From NCBI GenBank assembly GCA_963828255.1, contig CAWHDZ010000003.1, positions 96,001-160,000 of the forward strand: a stretch of DNA of 64,000 nucleotides, written 5' to 3'. Positions within the stretch are counted from its first letter, which is position 1. Each line of letters opens with the position of its first letter. The translations under genes and the position numbers were made by a program. The notes below the pieces were generated by a model, which ran no database searches, was not told where the DNA came from, and was given only the letters and a program-made list of their open reading frames with translations. This DNA comes from an uncultured delta proteobacterium. Lineage in GTDB: Bacteria; Myxococcota; Myxococcia; Myxococcales; Anaeromyxobacteraceae. Below, piece after piece: positions 37,506 through 46,394 of the stretch.

Positions 37506-39929
37506 ATGGAACGCACGAGAATCCAGCGCGCAGGCGTGGTCCTGTTTGCCTTGCTGAGCGTCGCCGCGACACCGGCGCCTTCCGCGACGCCCGACCGCAC
37601 GGTGCTGCCCATCCCGGAGCCCACCTATCCGCCCATCACCATCCTCGACGCGCGCAATGCGACCCCGCCTCCGCGGTTCGAGGTGAAGGCGCCCGCCGGG
37701 GCGCCCAACGTCCTCATCATCCTCATCGACGACATGGGCTTCGGGATGCCGGGCGCATTCGGCGGGCCCATCCACACGCCGACCGCCGACACCCTGGCCA
37801 GCGGGGGGCTCCGCTACAACCAGTTTCACACCACGGCGCTCTGCTCGCCCACCCGCACCGCGCTCCTCTCCGGCCGGAATCACCACACCAACAACATGGG
37901 CTCCATCACCGAGACCGCCACCGCCTTCCCGGGGAACACGGGCGTGCGGCCGGACAGCGTGGCCCCGCTCGCCGAGATGCTGCGCCTGAACGGCTACAGC
38001 ACGAGCTTCTTCGGGAAGAACCACGAGACGGCGACCTGGGAGATCAGCCCCTCCGGCCCGACCACCCGCTGGCCGAACCGCTCCGGCTTCGACGAGTTCT
38101 ACGGGTTCATGGGGGGCGAGACCAACCAGTGGGCGCCGCTCGTCTACCACAACCTGGCGCCGGTCGAGGTCCCCCGGGACGGCAACTACCACTTCATGAC
38201 GGACATGACCGACAAGGCCGTCGCCTGGATCGAGTTCCAGAAGTCGCTCACGCCCGACCGTCCCTTCTTCATGTACTTCGCGCCCGGCGCCACGCACGCG
38301 CCGCACCACGTCCCCAGGGAGTGGATCGCGAAGTACAAGGGCAAGTTCGACAAGGGATGGGACGTGATGCGGGAGGAGGTGCTGGCCCGCCAGATCAAGC
38401 TCGGCGTGGTCCCCCCCGGCACGAAGCTCGCCCCCAAGCCGGAGGCCATCAAGGACTGGGACAAGCTCACGGCGGAGGAGAGGAAGCTCTTCACCCGCCA
38501 GATGGAGGTCTACGCCGGGTTCGCCGAGATGGCCGACACCGAGATCGGCCGCCTCATCGACGCGCTCCAGTCGACGGGACAGCTCGACAACACGCTCGTC
38601 TTCTACATCCTGGGCGACAACGGCACGAGCGCCGAGGGCGGGATGAACGGCATGTTCAGCGAGATGTCGTACTTCAACGGCGTCGTGGAGACGGTGCCCG
38701 AGATCATGAAGCACTACGACGAGCTGGGCGGGCCCATGTCGTACCCTCACATGGCGGCGGGCTGGGCGGTGGCGGGCGACACGCCCTTCACCTGGACGAA
38801 GCAGGTGGCCTCCAACTTCGGCGGCACCCGCAACGGCATGGTCGTCCACTGGCCGAAGGGCATCAAGGCCAGGGGCGAGGTGCGCTCCCAGTTCCACCAC
38901 GTCATCGACGTGGCGCCGACCATCCTCGAGGCCGCCGGCCTCCCCGAGCCAAAGAGTGTCAACGGAACCGTGCAGAAGCCCATCGAGGGCGTGAGCATGA
39001 CCTACACCTTCGCCGACCCGAAGGCCGAGGGCCGGCACAAGGTCCAGTACTTCGAGATGTTCGGGAACCGGGCCATCTACGCGGACGGGTGGTTCGCGGG
39101 GACCATCCACAGGGCCCCCTGGGAGACGAAGCCGCGGGCCGCGCTCCAGGACGACCGGTGGGAGCTCTACGACACGCGCGACGACTTCAGCCTGACGAAC
39201 GACCTGGCGGCGAGGAACCCGGCCAAGCTGAAGGAGCTCCAGGATCTCTTCATGAAGGAGGCCCCCCGTTACAACGTCCTTCCCATCGACGATCGGACCG
39301 TCGAACGGCTCGATGCCAAGCTGGTCGGACGGCCCGACCTGATGGGCGACCGCATGTCGCTCACCCTGCACGCGGGGATGACCGGGATGTCGGAGAACGC
39401 CTTCATCAACGTGAAGAACCGTTCCGTGACCATCACCGCGGATCTGGACGTCCCGAAGGGCGGCGCCAACGGCGTCATCCTGGCGCAGGGCGGACGGTTC
39501 GGCGGGTGGAGCCTGTACATGAAGGGCGGCAAGCCGCACTACACCTACAACTTCCTCGGAATGAAGCGGACCACCGTCGCCGCGGCGAAGCCGGTCCCGG
39601 CCGGCAAGGCCACCGTGAAGATGGACTTCGCCTACGACGGCGGCGGAGCCGGCAAGGGAGGGGTGGTGAGCCTCTTCGTGAACGGCAAGAAGGTGGGCGA
39701 GGGTAGGGTGGAGCGAACCCAGCCCGGGATCTTCTCCGTGGACGACGCCGCCGACGTGGGGCTGGACGAGGGGACGCCGGTGGTCGAGGACTACCAGCCG
39801 AGGAGCACGAAGTTCACGGGCGCCATCCGCAAGGTGGTGGTGGACGTGAAGGAGATGGGCGTGGGGGAGAAGGCCGCCGTGAAGAAGGCCGGCGCCGAGA
39901 CCGCAAGGAAGGTCGAGGAGGCCAGGTGA
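37506..39929 (+). CDS. Exported arylsulfatase (CSPTR) with C-terminal LamG-like domain
   Basis: Signal peptide, PNVLIILIDD, LCSPTRTALLSGRNHH, GKNH, GDNG. Confidence 0.95.
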   Translation: MERTRIQRAGVVLFALLSVAATPAPSATPDRTVLPIPEPTYPPITILDARNATPPPRFEVKAPAGAPNVLIILIDDMGFGMPGAFGGPIHTPTADTLASGGLRYNQFHTTALCSPTRTALLSGRNHHTNNMGSITETATAFPGNTGVRPDSVAPLAEMLRLNGYSTSFFGKNHETATWEISPSGPTTRWPNRSGFDEFYGFMGGETNQWAPLVYHNLAPVEVPRDGNYHFMTDMTDKAVAWIEFQKSLTPDRPFFMYFAPGATHAPHHVPREWIAKYKGKFDKGWDVMREEVLARQIKLGVVPPGTKLAPKPEAIKDWDKLTAEERKLFTRQMEVYAGFAEMADTEIGRLIDALQSTGQLDNTLVFYILGDNGTSAEGGMNGMFSEMSYFNGVVETVPEIMKHYDELGGPMSYPHMAAGWAVAGDTPFTWTKQVASNFGGTRNGMVVHWPKGIKARGEVRSQFHHVIDVAPTILEAAGLPEPKSVNGTVQKPIEGVSMTYTFADPKAEGRHKVQYFEMFGNRAIYADGWFAGTIHRAPWETKPRAALQDDRWELYDTRDDFSLTNDLAARNPAKLKELQDLFMKEAPRYNVLPIDDRTVERLDAKLVGRPDLMGDRMSLTLHAGMTGMSENAFINVKNRSVTITADLDVPKGGANGVILAQGGRFGGWSLYMKGGKPHYTYNFLGMKRTTVAAAKPVPAGKATVKMDFAYDGGGAGKGGVVSLFVNGKKVGEGRVERTQPGIFSVDDAADVGLDEGTPVVEDYQPRSTKFTGAIRKVVVDVKEMGVGEKAAVKKAGAETARKVEEAR

Positions 39930-41172
39930 TGGCTTGCGTCCCGGATCGTCTCCGAAGTCCGCATCGCCCGGCGCGCGCCTTCCTGGCGATCTTCTGCGCC
40001 GCGTTGCTCGTCCCCTGGGAGGGCGCGCCCCTGGCCCAGCAGCCTGCCCCGGCCGACGCCGCCGATGCGCCCGCGCCGAAGCTCCCCCCGACCAGCTCGA
40101 CTCCCTGGTCGCGCCCATCGCCCTCTACCCCGATCCCCTGCTTGCCCAGACGCTGGTGGCCTCGACCTACCCGCTCGAGATCATCCAACTCCAGCAGTGG
40201 CTCGCCAAGAACAAGGACCTGAAGGACAAGGCCCTGGAGGAGGCGGTCGCCAAGCAGCCCTGGGACCCGAGCATCCAGTCGATGGCGTCGATTCCCGAGG
40301 TCGTGAAGCGGCTCGGGGACGACATCCAGTGGACCACGGCGCTGGGGAACGCATTCCTCGACCAGCAGTCGGACGTCATGGACGCCGTCCAGCGCATGAG
40401 GGCGAAGGCGGAGGGAACCGGCGCGCTGAAGAGCTCCGAGCAGCAGACGGTGGAGACGAAGGTCATCGAGCAGAAGACCGTCATCATCGTGGAGCCCACC
40501 GACCCCCAGGTGATCTACGTCCCGACCTACAACCCGGTGTACGTCTACCCGCCGCCGATCTACCCGTATCCGCCGGTCTACTACCCGCCTCCCCCTGTCT
40601 ATGGCGCCGCGCTGGTGGGCTTCACGGCCGGCGTCATGATCGGCGCGGCGGTGGGCGGTTCCTGCTGCGGCTGCCGCTGGGGGAGCAACAACGTCAACAT
40701 CAACGTGAACAACAACTTCAACCGCAACGCCAACATCAACACCGGCGGGAACAACAACTGGAACCACAACTCCCAGCACCGCGGCGGCGCGCCCTACTCG
40801 AACAAGGCGACGGCCAGCAAGTACGGCGGCTCGACGCAGGGTGGTTCGCGGTCCGCCAGCGGCGGCGCCTCGGCGAGCACCCGCGCCGGCGGGGGAACGG
40901 GCGGGGGCGCGGGGGGGCCCAGCGCCAGCAGTCGGGCCAGCCCCGGTGGTGGGGGCGGGGGCGGTGGAGGATACGGAGGATCCAGCGCCAGCAGCCGCGC
41001 CAGCCCCAGTCCCAGCGGTGGATCCGGGAACTCCGGCGGTTTCGGGGGCGGGTCCGGGGGCTACAGCGGAAGCAGCGCCAAGGCGAGCAGCTCGAGGGGC
41101 GCATCCAGCATGTCGTACGGCGGCTCCAGGGGTGGTGGCGGCGGCCGAGGCGGCGGAGGGGGGCGGCGATGA
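39926..41172 (+). pseudogene. DUF3300 protein, frameshifted in a C6 run
   Basis: Signal-peptide frame ends KLPP at 40084-40089; next frame continues DQLDSLVAPIALYPDPLL; one extra C joins them. Confidence 0.8.
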
Positions 41173-42113
41173 GGACCATGAACGCGATCCTGGTGGCCTG
41201 CGCGGTGCTTCTCCCGCCGGCACTCGCCGTGTCCGCAGAGCCGGCCGCCAAGGCAGCGACCCCGGCCGGGCAGCGCACCTTCGACACCCCGAGGGCTGCG
41301 GCCGACGCGATCATCGCCGCCGCCGCGGACTACGACGTGCCGGCGCTGAAGGCGATCCTCGGCCCATCCGGCGTGGACCTCGTCGTCACCGAGGACGCCG
41401 TCCAGGACCGGAACCAGGGAGCGGCCTTCGCCGCGCGGGCCCGGGAGAAGAGCGAGATCGTCATCGACCCGAAGAAGCCGGACCGGGCCACCCTGGTCGT
41501 CGGGAACGAGGACTGGCCGTCGCCCATTCCCATCGTCCGCAAGGACGGCCGGTGGTCCTTCGACGCCAGGGCCGGGCGGACGGAGATCCTCAACCGGCGC
41601 ATCGGCGGGAACGAGCTCGACGCCATCGGGATCTGCCGCGGCTTCGTGGACGCGCAGCGCGAGTACGCGTTCCAGAAGCGCGACGGGTCCGCCGTGAACC
41701 AGTACGCCCAGCGCATCGTCAGCACCCCCGGGAAGCAGGACGGCCTGGTGTGGCGCAACGCCGACGGGACGTGGGGAGGGCCGCTGGGCGAGGAGATCGC
41801 CGGAGTGATCGCCGAGGGGTACTCCGACCGCGCCCGGCCCTATCACGGCTATTACTTCAAGGTCCTGAAGGGGCAGGGGCCAGCCGCTCCACTCGGGCAG
41901 ATGGACTTCGTGGTGAACGGCGCGATGATCGGCGGCTTCGCGCTGGTGGCGGCGCCGGCCGACTACCGGGTGACCGGCGTGAAGACCTTCATGGTCAGCC
42001 ACGCCGGTGTGGTCTACGAGCAGGACCTCGGCCCGAAGTCCGTCGAGCGATTCCAGGCCATGGAGCGCTTCAATCCCGACAAGGCGTGGACCCCCGTGGT
42101 CGACCCGGACTGA
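41169..42113 (+). CDS. DUF2950 protein
   Basis: F.TP..AA.A, WP.PIP, RRIG.NEL, YAQR..STPGKQDGL.W, PYHGYYF. Confidence 0.9.
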   Translation: MRTMNAILVACAVLLPPALAVSAEPAAKAATPAGQRTFDTPRAAADAIIAAAADYDVPALKAILGPSGVDLVVTEDAVQDRNQGAAFAARAREKSEIVIDPKKPDRATLVVGNEDWPSPIPIVRKDGRWSFDARAGRTEILNRRIGGNELDAIGICRGFVDAQREYAFQKRDGSAVNQYAQRIVSTPGKQDGLVWRNADGTWGGPLGEEIAGVIAEGYSDRARPYHGYYFKVLKGQGPAAPLGQMDFVVNGAMIGGFALVAAPADYRVTGVKTFMVSHAGVVYEQDLGPKSVERFQAMERFNPDKAWTPVVDPD

Positions 42114-42117
42114 AGCC

Positions 42118-43173
42118 TCAGGCGCCCACGAAGTAGGCCAGCACCGCGATCAAGGAGTACACGACGACGAGCTGCACGCCCTTGAACCAGTTCGACTTGC
42201 CGTCCCCGATCACCACCGCCGTGACGATCACGGAGATGAAGGTGATCACGACCAGCAGGCGCGGGAAGAGCAGCAGGAGCGGCCGGGGCGCGACCGCGTA
42301 GCTGAGGAGCACGAGGAGCGGCGCCACGAAGAGCGCGATCTGGATGCAGCTCCCGACCGCGATGCTCACGGCCAGGTCCATCCGGTTCGCGCGCCCCATC
42401 GCGATGGCCGAGCCGCTCTCCGCCGCCCCTCCGACGATGGCGAGGAAGACGAGCCCGACGAAAGCCTTGGAGAGGCCCAGCGACTCCCCGGTTCCCTCGG
42501 CGGCGCCGACCAGCACCTCGCTCATCCAGGCCGCCAGGACCGACGCGGCGGCCAGGGTGCCGAGCGCACGGGTCACGCTCCAGCGCGGGCCCTCCTCGCC
42601 GTGCCCCTCGTGACCGCCCTCGGCCGCGAAGAGGTGCTTGTGGGTCTTCAGCATGAAGAGCACGTAGAGTCCGTAGGTGGCGAGGAGGATGGTGGTCACC
42701 GCCAGGTTCAGCCGCCCCTCGGCCACGGGGGCCGACCCCTCCGAGACCGCGTGCAGGGCCGAGGGCACCGCCATGCTCGTGACCGCGAGCAGCATCATCG
42801 AGACGTAGGCGCGCGTGGCCTCGGGGCGGAACGACTGGTCGCGGTGCCGGAGCCCGCCCAGGAAGAAGGCCACGCCGAGGGCGAGCAGCAGGTTCGCGAG
42901 GATCGCGCCGACCAGCGACGCGATCACCATGTCGAAGAGGCCGGCCTTCAGGGCCACCACCCCGATGATGACCTCCGGCGCGTTTCCGAAGGTGCTGTTG
43001 AGCAGGCCCCCGACGGCCTCGCCCGTGTAGGTCGCGAGTTGCTCCGTGGCCCGCACGATCCAGTTCGCGATGGGGACGATGGCGAGCGCCGCCGCGAAGA
43101 AGACCAGGGGCGGGGTCGCGCCCGTGCGGTCGAGCACGACGGCCACGGGGACGAAGATCAGGAGCCAGTTCAT
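42118..43173 (-). CDS. cax: Calcium/proton exchanger (Cax/ChaA)
   Basis: GGLLNSTFGNAPE, G.AAE, GS.IQIALFVAP, DGKSNWFKG. Confidence 0.92.
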   Translation of the reverse strand: MNWLLIFVPVAVVLDRTGATPPLVFFAAALAIVPIANWIVRATEQLATYTGEAVGGLLNSTFGNAPEVIIGVVALKAGLFDMVIASLVGAILANLLLALGVAFFLGGLRHRDQSFRPEATRAYVSMMLLAVTSMAVPSALHAVSEGSAPVAEGRLNLAVTTILLATYGLYVLFMLKTHKHLFAAEGGHEGHGEEGPRWSVTRALGTLAAASVLAAWMSEVLVGAAEGTGESLGLSKAFVGLVFLAIVGGAAESGSAIAMGRANRMDLAVSIAVGSCIQIALFVAPLLVLLSYAVAPRPLLLLFPRLLVVITFISVIVTAVVIGDGKSNWFKGVQLVVVYSLIAVLAYFVGA

Positions 43174-43201
43174 CGAGACCTCCGAGGAATCGGGCCGAGG
43201 G

Positions 43202-43909
43202 TCATCCACCCAGGGCGATGGTGAGTCCGACCAGGCCTGCTCCCAGGACGACCATGGCGAGGCCGAGGAGCCAGGGCCGGGCCCCGGTCCACCTGGCCAG
43301 CCAGTAACCCGCCAGGAAGAGGCTCACCACCGCCACCCCGTTCGAGATCCGGAGGGCGCGCGGCGCCTCCTCGACGAGCAGGAAGGGGATGGTGGGCGGG
43401 AAGGTGGCCAGGACCACGAGGGCGCAGCTTCCCAGCGCGCCGCGCAGATCGGTCGCCGTGATGCCCGGACGGCCAGCCGGCTCGGGGAGGGTGCGGATCC
43501 GGGAGATCATCCGGTCCACGTCGGCCTCATCGGTGACCACCGACACCGCTTCCGGCAGGGCGGCCGAGAGGATGGCCCGGGCTGCCGCGGGCTCGGCGGC
43601 GCGGATCCCCCGGAGGACGAGCGCCCTCCTCGAACGCTCGGCCATCGAGGTGAAGACGTACATCACCCCGTCCACCAGCCCCCAGGCCACGTTGCAGGCG
43701 AGCGCGGCGACGAGCATCTGCCGCACCTCCTGCTGCCCGCCCTCGGCCACGCTCATGGCGCAGGTGAAGGTGAGCACCATGATGAGGCCGAAGATGATCT
43801 CGGAGAACCGATCCACCGGGTCGAGGGGGCTCTTCTGGTACTCGACGGCGACCCGGAGCGCCTGGGTCGCGTGCCCGCCGGGCGACGACGCAGTGGAGGA
43901 GGGGCTCAT
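43202..43909 (-). CDS. VIT1/CCC1 family membrane protein
   Basis: LDPVDR.SEI.FGLIMVLTFT, CN.AWG.VDG, IALGG. Confidence 0.8.
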   Translation of the reverse strand: MSPSSTASSPGGHATQALRVAVEYQKSPLDPVDRFSEIIFGLIMVLTFTCAMSVAEGGQQEVRQMLVAALACNVAWGLVDGVMYVFTSMAERSRRALVLRGIRAAEPAAARAILSAALPEAVSVVTDEADVDRMISRIRTLPEPAGRPGITATDLRGALGSCALVVLATFPPTIPFLLVEEAPRALRISNGVAVVSLFLAGYWLARWTGARPWLLGLAMVVLGAGLVGLTIALGG

Positions 43910-43949
43910 GGTGCGAGGAGTGTAGCCGCTGCCCGCGCGCCGTGACAGC

Positions 43950-44633
43950 ATGTCGGCCATGATTCCGAAGACGACGACCCGCCATGCCGTCCTGGCTGCC
44001 GCGATCGCCGCCGCGATCGCCGCCGCGATCGCCGCCCCCCTCGCGGGCAGGGCCGGGGAGGGTGACGCGAACGGCGCGGCGAAGGAGGCGCTGACCTGGG
44101 AGTGGGGCCCGTCGATCCTGCTCTACCTCGTCCCCGGGGAGTCGGCGTTCCTCCAGCCGACACTCACAGTCGACCGCGGGCACCTCCACCTCGAGGCCCG
44201 TTACAACTACGAGGCCAGGGACGCCGGTTCGGCCTGGGTGGGCTGGAACCTCTCCTTCGGCGAGGAGTTGACGCTTGGTCTCACCCCCATGGTGGGCGGG
44301 GTCTTCGGCTCGATGAGGGGAATCGCCCCGGGGCTCACGCTCACGCTCGAATGGGGGCCGCTCGCCCTCTGGTCCCAGAGCGAGTACGTCTTCGACCTCG
44401 GCGACTCGACGCAGAGCTTCTTCTACGCCTGGACCGAGCTCAGCGTCACCGGCCCCGACTGGCTCCGGGTGGGGGTGGTGCTGCAGCGGACCCGCGCCTT
44501 CCGGACGACGACCGAGTTCCAGGGCGGCCCGCTCGTCGGGCTGTCCCTCTGGAAGCTCTCGGCAACCGCCTACCTCTTCGCGCCCGGCCAGGACGACCAG
44601 TTCGTGGTGGTGGCGCTGGCCGGGAGCTTCTAG
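43950..44633 (+). CDS. Hypothetical outer-membrane protein
   Basis: Signal peptide, LHLEARYNYE, C-terminal F. Confidence 0.75.
   Translation: MSAMIPKTTTRHAVLAAAIAAAIAAAIAAPLAGRAGEGDANGAAKEALTWEWGPSILLYLVPGESAFLQPTLTVDRGHLHLEARYNYEARDAGSAWVGWNLSFGEELTLGLTPMVGGVFGSMRGIAPGLTLTLEWGPLALWSQSEYVFDLGDSTQSFFYAWTELSVTGPDWLRVGVVLQRTRAFRTTTEFQGGPLVGLSLWKLSATAYLFAPGQDDQFVVVALAGSF
43998..44036 (+). repeat. 12-bp tandem repeat (GCCGCGATCGCC x3) in the signal peptide
   Basis: Read directly; encodes AAIA x3. Confidence 0.8.
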
Positions 44634-44646
44634 GAGCCGCCCCCCG

Positions 44647-45270
44647 CTACTTCGTCGCCTTCTCCAGCGTGATGGCCACCGCCTCGACGTAGGTCGCGAG
44701 GAGCTTGTCGCCGACCTTGAGCTTATCGAGTTTCACCTTGGATCCGGCCTTCACCTTGTAGACGTTGCCTCCCGGACCCTCGATCGTCACCAGGCGCTTG
44801 GCGGAGTTGATCGCGGTCACGGTCACCGTGCCGCGCATCCCCTGGCCGGCCGTGCCCGCCGAGATCTGGCCCCGGTCGTCGCGGGTGGCGACCTCCACGT
44901 CCGTGGGAGGGACGAACTCCGTCCCGGCCGGCTGGAACTCCAGCGCGAGTCCCTGCTCGAAGTCGATCACGACGGTGTCGCCGACGGCGAACTTGTCGAG
45001 ATTCTTCACCGCAGGTCCGACCTTCATCGTCTCCTTCCCGCCCATGTCGTGCTGCAGGGTCACGATGCGGGTGGGGACGTCGATCGCGTGGACGGTGGCG
45101 GTGATCTTCAACGTCCGCGTGGCCACTGCCTTCCCGGGCGTGCCGCTCTGCTTCATCTCGACCGGACGCCGGGTGGAGAGGGGCGGGGCCGCGGCCGGCT
45201 CAGGCGCCTGGGCGTGGGAGGAGACGGCGATCAGGATCGATGCGAGCGGGACCACGAGCTTCGAGTTCAC
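44647..45270 (-). CDS. Periplasmic protein with duplicated OB-fold-like repeats
   Basis: Signal peptide; ATV.AID...R.VTL...V...VKN...VGD repeated twice. Confidence 0.75.
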   Translation of the reverse strand: MNSKLVVPLASILIAVSSHAQAPEPAAAPPLSTRRPVEMKQSGTPGKAVATRTLKITATVHAIDVPTRIVTLQHDMGGKETMKVGPAVKNLDKFAVGDTVVIDFEQGLALEFQPAGTEFVPPTDVEVATRDDRGQISAGTAGQGMRGTVTVTAINSAKRLVTIEGPGGNVYKVKAGSKVKLDKLKVGDKLLATYVEAVAITLEKATK

Positions 45271-46373
45271 TTGGAGTCTCCTTCGGGGATCGGGGGTGAC
45301 GGGGGAGCGTCCTCCGGAGCGCGGTCGAGGTCGCCGACCCAGGCCACGAGCAGCGTCCAGGTGACGGCCAGCAGCACCGGACCGACGAAGAGCCCGACCA
45401 CGCCGAAGGCCAGCACCCCGCCGATGACGCCGGACATGATGAGGAGCAGCGGGAGGTCGGCGCCCTTCCTGATGAGCACCGGGCGGACGAGGTTGTCGAG
45501 CGTCACGGCCAGGAGGGAGAAGATGAGCAGCACCGTTCCGCGCCAGGTCGCACCCGTCGAGTAGAGCCAGATGGTCGCCGGCGCAACCACCAGGAGCGGG
45601 CCGACCTGCGCGATGCAGAGGACGAGGACCACGGCGGTGAGCAGACCCGCGTGCGGCACCCCGGAGAGCGCGAGCCCCAGCCCGGCGAACAGGGTCTGGG
45701 CCAGGGCGGTGACCACGATCCCCAGCGCCACGGCCCGCACCGCCTTGGCAGCCAGCCGTCCCGAGCTCTCGCCCCGCTCCCCGGCCAGGCGGCGGAGGAA
45801 GCGGAGCACGCCCCGCCCCGCGGTCTCCCCGGAGGCGTAGAGGATGCCCGCCACGATCACCGTGAGCACGAGCTGGACGAGCGTGGTGCCGATTCCCCCC
45901 GCCCTGGCCGCGATCCAGGTCGCGGCCCCCTTCATGTAGGGCTGGAAACGGGCGAGGAGCGACTCGGGGCTCCCGGCCATTCCCTGCCACGCTGCAGCGA
46001 CACGCTCGCCCACCAGCGGAATGCCGCCGAGCCAGGCCGGGGGTGGGGGAAGCCCGTCGGTGGCGAGGGAGTACGCGAGCTTGCCGACCCTCTCGGAGTT
46101 GTCGGCGATGGTGGAGATGCCGAGCCAGGTCGGGACCACGAGCACGGCGAGCAGGGCGAGGACCATCACGGCCACCGCCGGCCCCCGGCGCCCCCCGAGC
46201 CTCGCCTGGACCGCGACCAGGACGGGCCAGGTGGCGACGACGATCATGGTGGCCCAGACCACGGCCGCGGCGAAGGGCAGCATCACCCAGATGCAGGCGC
46301 CGATCATTGCTGCCAGAGCCAGGACACCCAGGGTGATGCGGGGGAGGTCGTACGAAGGCGGCGAGACGTTCAC
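45267..46373 (-). CDS. ydiK: AI-2E family transporter, YdiK-like
   Basis: DLPRITL, WATMIVVATWP, DN.VRP.LIR.GADLP, GLFVGPV. Confidence 0.88.
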   Translation of the reverse strand: MNVSPPSYDLPRITLGVLALAAMIGACIWVMLPFAAAVVWATMIVVATWPVLVAVQARLGGRRGPAVAVMVLALLAVLVVPTWLGISTIADNSERVGKLAYSLATDGLPPPPAWLGGIPLVGERVAAAWQGMAGSPESLLARFQPYMKGAATWIAARAGGIGTTLVQLVLTVIVAGILYASGETAGRGVLRFLRRLAGERGESSGRLAAKAVRAVALGIVVTALAQTLFAGLGLALSGVPHAGLLTAVVLVLCIAQVGPLLVVAPATIWLYSTGATWRGTVLLIFSLLAVTLDNLVRPVLIRKGADLPLLLIMSGVIGGVLAFGVVGLFVGPVLLAVTWTLLVAWVGDLDRAPEDAPPSPPIPEGDSK

Positions 46374-46394
46374 GGGATGTCCTTGGAGGGTCGG

